41,770 nt of DNA from Clostridia bacterium. GTDB lineage: Bacteria; Bacillota; Clostridia; Christensenellales; QALW01. The DNA lies in the NCBI GenBank assembly GCA_045536015.1, contig JAZSMS010000111.1, positions 1 to 41,770 of the forward strand, in the 5' to 3' direction. This document shows positions 27,848 to 35,953 of this stretch, one piece after another. The notes beneath the pieces were generated by a model. That model was not told the origin of the DNA. It saw only the letters and a list, made by a program, of their open reading frames with translations, and searched no databases. The translations under genes and the position numbers were made by a program. Each line of letters begins with the position of its first letter. Positions within the stretch are counted from its first letter, which is position 1.

Positions 27848-28710
27848 TAGAAAAGCTTACGGGAAACGAGCTTAAAAAGATTTTGTCCGAGGCGGGCTTT
27901 GGTTTTTCAAAGTCGCTTGGTCAAAACTTTTTGGCAGACGAGAGAATTTTAAACTTAATAGCAGATGATGCGCAAATTTCGCCCGAGCAGACTGTGCTGG
28001 AGATTGGTACCGGCGCAGGCACGCTTACACGAGTTTTATCAAAGCGTGCAAAAAAAGTTGTTTCGGTAGAAATCGATTCTTCACTTTTACCCGTTCATCA
28101 AAAGACGCTTGATGGCTTTGATAATGTAAAGGTAATAAATGCCGATTTTCTGCAGCTTGATATCAAAAAGCTTTTTGAAGAAGAGCTTGAAGAAAATTTT
28201 GCTGTTTGCGCAAATTTGCCGTACTACATAACAACGCCGATAATTATGGCGTTTATAGAAAACAAGCTTCCGTTTAAAAGCATAACTGTGCTTGTTCAAA
28301 AAGAGGTTGCACAGCGTATGGCGGCAAAGGCAAATACTGCCGAGTACGGCTCGCTTTCCTGTGCGGTACAGTATTTTGCAAAAGCAACGCTTTGTTCGCG
28401 CGTGCCGCCTTCGTGCTTTTACCCTGCACCAAAGGTGTCGTCGCAGGTTATCAGATTAGAGCGTCTTGAAAAACCTGCCGCCGAGGTTGATAACGAGGAA
28501 TTGTTTTTAAAGCTTATCCGCGCGGCGTTTGCTATGCGCCGTAAAACGCTTGCTAATAATTTAATTCAGGCTTTTTCGCTAACCCGCGGGCAAGCCGAGG
28601 AAATTATTGAAGCAAGCGGAATTAAAAAGGATATCAGAGGTGAAGCTCTTGATATAAAACAACTTGCGCTGGTTGCAAATCAGTTAAATAAAATTATTAA
28701 GGAGAATTAA
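27844..28710 (+). CDS. rsmA: 16S rRNA (adenine1518/1519-N6)-dimethyltransferase RsmA/KsgA
   Basis: 'FSKSLGQNFL', the SAM motif 'VLEIGTGAGTLT' and 'NLPYYITTPI'. GTG at 27844 has GGAGG 5 nt upstream and overlaps the ABC-F stop (GTGA). The tracked ATG at 27829 is an alternative. Confidence 0.9.
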   Translation: MIEKLTGNELKKILSEAGFGFSKSLGQNFLADERILNLIADDAQISPEQTVLEIGTGAGTLTRVLSKRAKKVVSVEIDSSLLPVHQKTLDGFDNVKVINADFLQLDIKKLFEEELEENFAVCANLPYYITTPIIMAFIENKLPFKSITVLVQKEVAQRMAAKANTAEYGSLSCAVQYFAKATLCSRVPPSCFYPAPKVSSQVIRLERLEKPAAEVDNEELFLKLIRAAFAMRRKTLANNLIQAFSLTRGQAEEIIEASGIKKDIRGEALDIKQLALVANQLNKIIKEN

Positions 28711-28711
28711 A

Positions 28712-30097
28712 ATGGACGCAAAGGAATTAAAAGAAAAATTATTTTTAAAACGTAAAAATGCGTACGAAAGAGCAGACGAAGAATTTGTTAAGCAGGCTTA
28801 TGAGTTTTGTGAAGATTACAAAAGCTTTTTAGATGCCGCTAAGACAGAGCGCGAGGCTACAAGCGAGGCTATCCGCATAGCTCGCGAGGCAGGCTTTGAA
28901 GAATATGATAAAAATAAAAAGTACTCTGCGGGCGACAGATACTTTATAAACAACCACGGCAAAAGTGCGGCATTTGTCGTTATAGGCGAGCAGGATGCGT
29001 CTGCAGGCGTTCGCATCGGTGCTGCGCATATTGATTCGCCCCGTCTTGATTTAAAGCCCAATCCTTTATATGAAGATACCGAGTTTGCAATGTTAAAAAC
29101 GCATTATTACGGTGGAATTAAAAAGTATCAGTGGACGGTTATTCCGCTTGCACTTCACGGCGTAGTTATCAGAAAAGACGGTACAAGTGTAAATGTGTGC
29201 ATAGGTGAAAATGAAGATGAACCCTGCTTTGTAATTACAGATTTGCTTCCGCACCTGTCGCGCGAGCAGAATGGTCGTAAGTTATCTGACGGAATTCGCG
29301 GCGAGGAGCTTAACATAATGATAGGCAGCCGTCCGTTTAAGGCTGATGGTGAAAGCGAGCTTGTTAAGCTTAATATTCTTTCAATATTAAACGAAAAGTA
29401 CGGCATTATTGAAGAAGATTTTCTCTCTGCCGAGCTTGAGGCGGTTCCTGCTTATAAGGCACGCGATATAGGTTTTGACCGTTCGCTTATCGGCTCTTAC
29501 GGTCACGATGACCGCGTTTGCGCATACCCGTCGTTAAGAGCAATTATCAACACTAAAAAACCGCAAAGAACTGCAATTTGTATTCTTGCCGATAAGGAAG
29601 AAACCGGCTCGGACGGCAACACGGGTCTTGCATCTGATTTTGTCCGTCATATCGTTGCTGATATTGCACGCGCACAAAACGTTGAGCCTGATGATGCACT
29701 CAGAGCTTCGGAATGTCTTTCGGCTGACGTTAATGCTGCAGTTGACCCGACGTTTGCAAGCGTTTCGGAAAAGAAAAACGCTTCGTTTATAAACTACGGT
29801 GTAGTTATAACCAAGTACACCGGCGGTGGCGGAAAGGGCGGCACAAGCGATGCTTCGGCAGAATATATGGGCAAGATAAGAAAAATGCTTGATGATGCCG
29901 ACATTGCCTGGCAGATTGGTGAGCTTGGAAAGGTTGATGAAGGCGGCGGCGGAACGGTTGCAAAGTATATTGCAAACTTAGGCGTTGACGTTGTTGACCT
30001 TGGTGTACCCGTGCTTTCGATGCACGCACCGTTTGAAACGGTCTCAAAGCTTGACGTATTTTATACGCTTAAGGCAATGGAAGTATTTTTTGCATAA
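28712..30097 (+). CDS. M18-family aminopeptidase (aminopeptidase 1 type)
   Basis: 'GAAHIDSPRLDLKPNP', 'YGHDDRVC', 'DKEETGSDG' and 'LSMHAPFE' metal and active-site blocks. SD AAGGAG is present. Confidence 0.85.
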   Translation: MDAKELKEKLFLKRKNAYERADEEFVKQAYEFCEDYKSFLDAAKTEREATSEAIRIAREAGFEEYDKNKKYSAGDRYFINNHGKSAAFVVIGEQDASAGVRIGAAHIDSPRLDLKPNPLYEDTEFAMLKTHYYGGIKKYQWTVIPLALHGVVIRKDGTSVNVCIGENEDEPCFVITDLLPHLSREQNGRKLSDGIRGEELNIMIGSRPFKADGESELVKLNILSILNEKYGIIEEDFLSAELEAVPAYKARDIGFDRSLIGSYGHDDRVCAYPSLRAIINTKKPQRTAICILADKEETGSDGNTGLASDFVRHIVADIARAQNVEPDDALRASECLSADVNAAVDPTFASVSEKKNASFINYGVVITKYTGGGGKGGTSDASAEYMGKIRKMLDDADIAWQIGELGKVDEGGGGTVAKYIANLGVDVVDLGVPVLSMHAPFETVSKLDVFYTLKAMEVFFA

Positions 30098-30099
30098 TA

Positions 30100-30128
30100 A
30101 AAAAGGGCACGTTTTAGTGCCCTTTTTG
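30100..30128 (+). terminator. Rho-independent terminator after the aminopeptidase gene
   Basis: Stem gggcac/gtgccc with a 6-nt loop, followed by TTTTTG. Confidence 0.85.
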
Positions 30129-30138
30129 TTTATTTTAT

Positions 30139-30167
30139 TTGACGGCAGATTTAATTGGTAGTATAAT
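30139..30167 (+). promoter_or_regulatory. Sigma-A-type promoter for the PII-like/CPA2/argS operon
   Basis: TTGACG, 17-nt spacer, TATAAT. Confidence 0.65.
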
Positions 30168-30202
30168 CTACAAAGTTATTAAATATGAAAGGACGACAAA
30201 AA

Positions 30203-30538
30203 ATGCAATTACTTGTTGTAAATTTGGATGATTCGGAAGAATTTTTACAAACGCTTTCAAAATTAAAGGATAACGGACTTAACGGTATAGTAATTCCTAC
30301 CACGAGCTTAAAGCACGCACTTATGCATTCGCATATAGACGCAGTGCCGATTTTCGGAAGCATAAGCAAGATAGTAAAACACGATTATCAGCTTAATCAC
30401 ACTCTTTTAATGCTTGTAAGCGAAGAAGAGCTTGAGAATGCTAAAAAGATAGTACGCGACATTACAAAGGGCCTTGGAAGAAAAGGCGTTATGTTTGCAC
30501 TGCCGGTTTCTTTCTGGGAAGGACTTGAGGAAAAATGA
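30203..30538 (+). CDS. Small PII-like (GlnB-fold, beta-alpha-beta x2) protein, putative regulatory partner of the adjacent antiporter
   Basis: 111 aa from the second ATG, which has AAGGA 9 nt upstream. The pattern LLVVNL / helix / GIVIPTT / long loop / LLMLVSEEEL / helix / GVMFALPV suggests a PII-type ferredoxin-like fold. ATGA overlap with the next gene. This is a fold inference only. Confidence 0.45.
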   Translation: MQLLVVNLDDSEEFLQTLSKLKDNGLNGIVIPTTSLKHALMHSHIDAVPIFGSISKIVKHDYQLNHTLLMLVSEEELENAKKIVRDITKGLGRKGVMFALPVSFWEGLEEK

Positions 30539-31779
30539 CAGAATTTTTAAGCCAGTATCCGTTACTTATTTTATTCTTTCTTTTAGCGGCGGGACTTATA
30601 ATGTCAAGAGTTGTAAAGCTTATTGATCTGCCTAACGTTACCGGATATTTGGTTGCGGGACTTTTGATTGGTCCCTGTATTGCAGGTATTGTACCTGAAA
30701 AGACACTTGAAGGCTTTACTGTAATAACAAACGTTGCACTTGGCTTTGTAGCATTTTCTATTGGTGCAGAGTTTAAGCTTGAACATATTAAGCAAATTGG
30801 ATCAAAGGCAATTTGTATAACCTTCTTTCAGGCTATCGGTGCGGTTTTAATGGTAATTATCGGCCTTACTGCCGTTCACTATTTAGTTGGCTGGCAAGCG
30901 GCACCTACGTCGGTTGTGCTTATTTTAGGTGCTGTTGCTTCGGCTACGGCTCCTGCGGCAACGTTAATGGTCGTTCGTCAGTATAAGGCAAAGGGACCGG
31001 TTACCGATGCGCTTTTGCCGGTTGTTGCACTTGATGATGCAATAGGCTTAATGATATTCTCGCTTTGTCTTTCGGTTGCAAAGGTGTTTGATAACCCCGA
31101 GGCTACCCTTAATATTGTAAACGTTGTGCTTCAGCCGCTTGCTGAAATTGGCGCTTCGCTTGCCTTTGGTGCGATAGTTGGCGGACTTTTGTCGATTTGT
31201 ATGAAGTTCTTTAAATCGCGTGCAAACCGTCTTTGCCTTATGGTTGCGGCAGTTTTGCTTGGTACGGTTATAGGCGATATCGTAAGTGCGTTAACGGGCG
31301 GCTGGCTTGCAATGAGCTCGCTTTTAACGTGTATGATGATAGGCGCTATGTTTGCAAATATGCGCGATGATTCTGTTAAAATTCTTGACGGAATAGAACG
31401 CTGGACTCCTCCGGTATTTATGTTGTTCTTTACAATTTCGGGCGCACAGCTTGACTTAAAGCTTCTGCCTGCTTGCGGAGTTGTGGGAATAGTTTATATT
31501 CTGTTCAGAGTTATCGGTAAATATTTCGGTACTTACTTTGGTGCGATAGCGGCAAAGGCAGACGATAAAATTCGTAAGTATTTGGGTGTTGCACTTTTCC
31601 CGCAGGCAGGTGTTGCTATAGGTATGGCAGTAGCCGTTGCGGCAGACCCAGGCATTATGCCCGAACATTCTTGTATGATAGTTACCGTAGTTTTGTGTGC
31701 TACCTTTGTTTACGAGCTTATTGGTCCCGTTCTTACAAAATGGGCACTTACTCGCGCGGGCGAAATAAAAAAATCTTAA
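30535..31779 (+). CDS. CPA2-family monovalent cation:proton antiporter, membrane domain only (no RCK/KTN domain)
   Basis: 414 aa and polytopic, with a Kef/NapA-like N-terminus 'LPNVTGYLVAGLLIGPCIAGI' and 'ATAPAATLMVVRQ'. Confidence 0.8.
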   Translation: MTEFLSQYPLLILFFLLAAGLIMSRVVKLIDLPNVTGYLVAGLLIGPCIAGIVPEKTLEGFTVITNVALGFVAFSIGAEFKLEHIKQIGSKAICITFFQAIGAVLMVIIGLTAVHYLVGWQAAPTSVVLILGAVASATAPAATLMVVRQYKAKGPVTDALLPVVALDDAIGLMIFSLCLSVAKVFDNPEATLNIVNVVLQPLAEIGASLAFGAIVGGLLSICMKFFKSRANRLCLMVAAVLLGTVIGDIVSALTGGWLAMSSLLTCMMIGAMFANMRDDSVKILDGIERWTPPVFMLFFTISGAQLDLKLLPACGVVGIVYILFRVIGKYFGTYFGAIAAKADDKIRKYLGVALFPQAGVAIGMAVAVAADPGIMPEHSCMIVTVVLCATFVYELIGPVLTKWALTRAGEIKKS

Positions 31780-31791
31780 CGGAGAGATAAA

Positions 31792-33480
31792 ATGAATTTT
31801 AAATTCGAAATTGCAAAAGCTATTGCCGAGCAGGCAAAAATTTCTGCAGAAGAAATCGAAGGCTATATTGAAATTCCGCCACAGAAGGATATGGGCGATT
31901 TTGCGTTTCCGTGCTTTAAACTTGCACGCGTTTTACGCGCGGCACCGCCAAAGATTGCACAGGATCTTATGGATAATATTCAGGTTCCTGATTTTATTGC
32001 AAAGGTTTGCGTTGTAGGCGGATATTTAAACTTTTTTGTTGACGCGCAAAAACGTGCCGAGGCAGTTTTAGCCGATATTGACGCTAAAGGCGAAAAGTAC
32101 GGCTCGCAAAACAAGGGCAGGGGTAAAAACGTTTGCATTGACTATTCTTCTATAAACATTGCAAAGCGTTGTCACATAGGTCACTTAACGACGACTGTTT
32201 TAGGTAATTCGCTTGCGAAAATTTATCGCTTTTTAGGGTATAACGTAGTTTCGATAAACCATTTGGGCGACTGGGGTACGCAATTTGGCAAAATGCTTTG
32301 CGCGTACAAAACCTGGGGCAAAAAGGAAGACGTAGAAGAAAAGGGTGTTAATGCTCTTATCGAGCTTTACGTTCGCTTTGAAGCCGAGGCAGACGAGCAA
32401 ATGCAGACTGAGGCACGCGCTTGGTTTAAAAAGATAGAAGACGACGATCCTGAGGCAACAGAGCTTTTTTCGTGGTTTAAGGATATAACCTTAAAGGACG
32501 TTGAAAAGATTTACGATATGCTTAATATCAAGTTTGATTCCTACGCAGGCGAAAGCTTTTATAAGGATAAGTGCGGTGCAGTTATCGACGAGCTTAAGCA
32601 AAAGGATATGCTTAAATTTTCGCAAGGCGCATACGTTGTTCCGCTTGACGAATTTGATATGCCTCCGTGTATTTTGTTAAAATCTGACGGTGCTTCAATA
32701 TATGCCACACGCGATATGGCGGCAGCTTTCTACCGCAAAAAGACTTATGATTTTGATAAGTGCTTGTACGTTGTTGCATATCAGCAAAACCTCCATTTTA
32801 AGCAGGTGTTTAAGGTTATCGAACTTATGGGCTATCCTTGGGCAAAGGATCTTGTTCACGTTCCGTTTGGTATGGTTAGCTTTGAAGGAACAACGCTTTC
32901 TACCCGAAAAGGTCACGTTGTTTATCTTGACGAGCTTTTAACGCGCGCTTGCGATAAGGCGCTTGATATTATAAATGAAAAAAATCCTAACCTTGAAGGT
33001 AAGGAAGAAATTGCCAAGCAGGTTGGCATAGGTGCGGTTATATTCTACGACTTATTCTCTAACAGAATAAAGGACGTTGACTTCTGGTGGGATCGTGCGC
33101 TTAACTTTGAGGGCGAAACGGGACCCTACGTTCAGTATGCACACACCCGCTGTTGCTCGGTGCTTGCTAAGGCAGGCGCGCCTGATAAGCAAAAGGCAGA
33201 TTTTTCGGCACTTTGCGATTCTGCTGCCGAGGATCTTATCGCCAAACTTGAAATCTTTCCGCAGATTGTTGATGATGCTGCAGAAAAGTACGAGCCAAGT
33301 GTTATAACTCGCTATGCTGCCGCGCTTGCACAGTGCTATAACCGTTTTTATTTTGAAGACAGAATTATCGGCGAAGAAGAGGGTGTTTTCCACGCGCGCT
33401 TGCTTTTGACAAAATGTACGCGCGATACGTTAAAAACTGCACTTTCGCTTTTAGGCATAGAAGCACCCGAAAAAATGTAA
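31792..33480 (+). CDS. argS: Arginine--tRNA ligase
   Basis: N-terminal Arg-tRNA-binding domain, HIGH-type motif 'AKRCHIGHLTTTVLGN', and a C-terminal anticodon-binding domain ending '...EAPEKM'. Only 12 nt separate it from the antiporter stop. Confidence 0.93.
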   Translation: MNFKFEIAKAIAEQAKISAEEIEGYIEIPPQKDMGDFAFPCFKLARVLRAAPPKIAQDLMDNIQVPDFIAKVCVVGGYLNFFVDAQKRAEAVLADIDAKGEKYGSQNKGRGKNVCIDYSSINIAKRCHIGHLTTTVLGNSLAKIYRFLGYNVVSINHLGDWGTQFGKMLCAYKTWGKKEDVEEKGVNALIELYVRFEAEADEQMQTEARAWFKKIEDDDPEATELFSWFKDITLKDVEKIYDMLNIKFDSYAGESFYKDKCGAVIDELKQKDMLKFSQGAYVVPLDEFDMPPCILLKSDGASIYATRDMAAAFYRKKTYDFDKCLYVVAYQQNLHFKQVFKVIELMGYPWAKDLVHVPFGMVSFEGTTLSTRKGHVVYLDELLTRACDKALDIINEKNPNLEGKEEIAKQVGIGAVIFYDLFSNRIKDVDFWWDRALNFEGETGPYVQYAHTRCCSVLAKAGAPDKQKADFSALCDSAAEDLIAKLEIFPQIVDDAAEKYEPSVITRYAAALAQCYNRFYFEDRIIGEEEGVFHARLLLTKCTRDTLKTALSLLGIEAPEKM

Positions 33481-33485
33481 CAGTA

Positions 33486-33514
33486 AAAGGCATTGAGGAA
33501 TCAATGCCTTTTTG
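33486..33514 (+). terminator. Rho-independent terminator after argS
   Basis: 10-bp stem aaggcattga/tcaatgcctt with loop ggaa, followed by TTTTG. Confidence 0.88.
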
Positions 33515-33518
33515 TATA

Positions 33519-33547
33519 TTGACTTTTAACTGCAAATTTGTTATAAT
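33519..33547 (+). promoter_or_regulatory. Sigma-A-type promoter for the DUF1538/tandem-PII operon
   Basis: TTGACT, 17-nt spacer, TGtTATAAT (extended -10). Confidence 0.65.
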
Positions 33548-33583
33548 CTTCCGTAGTTTTAATTTTGCAAGGAAGTAATATTT

Positions 33584-35104
33584 TTGAATCCGAAACTCTG
33601 GGAAAAAACTAAAGAATCACTTTCGGCAGTTTTACCGATGACGGCGATAGTGTTTCTCATAAGCATTTTTATCATTCCTATGGAGCTTGGCAAAGCGGTA
33701 ATGTTTATGGTAGGTGCAGTATTGCTTATTTTTGGTATGGGCTTTTTTCAGCTTGGTGCCGAAATGGCAATGACACCCATTGGCGAAGGCATAGGTGTGC
33801 AGATAAGCAAGAGTAAAAAAATGTTTGTGGTATTGCTTATCGGCTTTATTATGGGTGCTATCATTACTATTTCGGAGCCCGACCTTCAGGTGCTTGCCCA
33901 GCAGGTTCCGTCGATACCCAATTACACGCTTATACTGACGGTTGCTATCGGTGTGGGCTTGTTTTTAGCGCTTGCACTTATAAGAATTAAATTTCAAATA
34001 AGCCTTTCGGTGCTTTTAATTATTTTGTATACGATACTTATTGGTTTGTCGTTTTTTGTACCAAAAGAGTTTGTTGCAGTTGCTTTTGACTCCGGCGGCG
34101 TAACAACGGGACCGATGACCGTTCCGTTTATTATGGCTCTTGGTGTCGGTATGGCAAACGTGCGCGGCGATAAAAACTCGGTAAGTGATAGCTTTGGTCT
34201 TGTTGCATTATCAAGTGTAGGACCTATTTTAGCCGTTATGATTTTAGGCTGCTTTTTTAAACCGGACGGAACCGAATACGTGCTTGATAAGGTTGCTGAG
34301 GTAACAAACACGCGCGAGGTTGTTTCTGTATTTGCACACGGACTTCCGCATTACGCAAAGGAAGTTTTGATTTCACTTCTGCCGATAGTTGCAGTGTTTA
34401 TTATCTTTCAGATAGCAACAAAGCGTTATCCCAAGCGCGAGCTTGTAAAAATAATTGTAGGTATAGTTTATACTGCAGTTGGTCTTATGCTTTTCTTGTG
34501 CGGTGTAAACCTTGGCTTTGCGCCTATCGGTTCGCTTTTAGGCGAAGAACTTGCACTTTTAGAATACAAGTGGATACTCATTCCGCTTGGAATGGTAATA
34601 GGTTATTATATAGTTAAGGCAGAGCCTGCTATACAGGTTTTAAACCATCAGGTAGAAAGCGTTACCGACGGTGCAATTTCTGTTAAGGCTATGAACAGAA
34701 GTATGTCCATAGGTGTTGCTGTCAGCGTAGGACTTTCTATGTTGAGGGTGCTTACGGGAATACCGATTTACATTATAATTATTCCCGGTTATCTTATTGC
34801 ACTTGTGCTTTCGCGCATTGTGCCCAAAATGTTTGTAGGTATTGCGTTTGACTCGGGCGGAGTAGCCTCGGGACCTATGACCTCGACGTTTTTGCTTCCG
34901 CTTAGTATCGGCGTTTGTCAGGCTCTTGGCGGAAATTTAATGACGGATGCTTTTGGTGTAGTTGCACTTGTTGCACTTACACCGCTTATAACTATTCAGA
35001 TTATGGGGCTTGTTTATAGAATTAAGACAGAAAAAGCCCAAAAACTTGCAACCGAAGAAGTATTGCCTTCGGATGACAGTGACGAAATTATTGATCTTGA
35101 GTAG
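33584..35104 (+). CDS. DUF1538-like integral membrane protein (internally duplicated, putative transporter)
   Basis: 506 aa and polytopic. The two halves share the signature 'AFDSGGVTTGPMTVPFIMALGVG' / 'AFDSGGVASGPMTSTFLLPLSIG'. TTG start with AAGGAAG 7 nt upstream. Start uncertain: the next in-frame ATG is 17 codons downstream. Confidence 0.65.
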   Translation: MNPKLWEKTKESLSAVLPMTAIVFLISIFIIPMELGKAVMFMVGAVLLIFGMGFFQLGAEMAMTPIGEGIGVQISKSKKMFVVLLIGFIMGAIITISEPDLQVLAQQVPSIPNYTLILTVAIGVGLFLALALIRIKFQISLSVLLIILYTILIGLSFFVPKEFVAVAFDSGGVTTGPMTVPFIMALGVGMANVRGDKNSVSDSFGLVALSSVGPILAVMILGCFFKPDGTEYVLDKVAEVTNTREVVSVFAHGLPHYAKEVLISLLPIVAVFIIFQIATKRYPKRELVKIIVGIVYTAVGLMLFLCGVNLGFAPIGSLLGEELALLEYKWILIPLGMVIGYYIVKAEPAIQVLNHQVESVTDGAISVKAMNRSMSIGVAVSVGLSMLRVLTGIPIYIIIIPGYLIALVLSRIVPKMFVGIAFDSGGVASGPMTSTFLLPLSIGVCQALGGNLMTDAFGVVALVALTPLITIQIMGLVYRIKTEKAQKLATEEVLPSDDSDEIIDLE

Positions 35105-35115
35105 GAGGGATAAAG

Positions 35116-35790
35116 GTGGAAAAGAAATCATATCAACTGCTTTTAATAATTGCTACACCAAAGCTTGCTGATAAGGCGGCAGAAATGTTTAAAGCCAATG
35201 CACTTCCTGTTCAGTACCGAATAAACGCCGAGGGAACGGCTTCAAGCGAGATAATGGATATGCTTGGACTTGGCAGTGTTGATAAGTGCGTACTGATTAC
35301 CACAATTCCAAAGGAAATGGGCAGTCAGATGCTTAAAAAATTGCATAGCGAGCTTAAACTTGATACGGTAAACAGCGGAATTGCCTTTACAATATCGCTT
35401 ACGGGAGCAAGTAATCTTGTTTTAAAAATGCTTGCGCAGGCAATAGAAGAAAACGTTAATAGCGTAAAAGGAGAAAACGTTATGACAGAATCTAATTATG
35501 TTTTAATAAATGCAATAGTAAAACGTGGCTTTTCGGGCGAGGTTATGAATGCGGCGCGCGCAGCAGGCGCAAGAGGCGGAACGGTTATGCATTCACGTTG
35601 CATAGCAAACGAAAACGTAGTAGGCCCTCTTGGATATGACGTACAGGACGAAACCGAAATAGTTTTAATCATTGCACCAAGCGAAAATAAGGTTCAAATT
35701 ATGAAGGCTATAACCGAAACCTGCGGTGTTCATAGCGAGGCAAACGGTATTGTTATGTCGCTTCCCATTGATACGGTTATGGGAATTTAA
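35116..35790 (+). CDS. Tandem PII-like (two GlnB-fold domains) protein
   Basis: 224 aa with a GTG start and AGGAGGG 6 nt upstream. The C-terminal half 'YVLINAIVKRGFSGEVMNAARAAGARGGTVMHSR...EIVLIIAP...ANGIVMSLPIDTVMGI' parallels recalled GlnB (beta1 / alpha1 / T-loop / 'GDGKIFVxPV' region). The N-terminal half repeats the same beta-alpha-beta pattern. Confidence 0.6.
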   Translation: MEKKSYQLLLIIATPKLADKAAEMFKANALPVQYRINAEGTASSEIMDMLGLGSVDKCVLITTIPKEMGSQMLKKLHSELKLDTVNSGIAFTISLTGASNLVLKMLAQAIEENVNSVKGENVMTESNYVLINAIVKRGFSGEVMNAARAAGARGGTVMHSRCIANENVVGPLGYDVQDETEIVLIIAPSENKVQIMKAITETCGVHSEANGIVMSLPIDTVMGI

Positions 35791-35801
35791 AATGTAAAAA
35801 A

Positions 35802-35838
35802 AGGACGGGAAAAAATTCTCGTCTTTTTGTTTTTTTTA
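35802..35838 (+). terminator. Rho-independent terminator after the tandem-PII gene
   Basis: Stem gacggga/tctcgtc (one G-U pair), followed by TTTTTGTTTTTTT. Confidence 0.7.
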
Positions 35839-35879
35839 TAAAAAGTTGCCTTAAGTCAAAATGTAAAATTTGACATTGC

Positions 35880-35908
35880 TTGACATAAAACGCGTATTCT
35901 GCTATACT
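35880..35908 (+). promoter_or_regulatory. Sigma-A-type promoter for the lipoprotein gene
   Basis: TTGACA, 17-nt spacer, TATACT. A second TTGACAT copy lies 10 nt upstream. Confidence 0.6.
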
Positions 35909-35953
35909 TTGCTATGCTTTATAAAGTTTGTTTAATAAAGTTAGGAGATAAAA

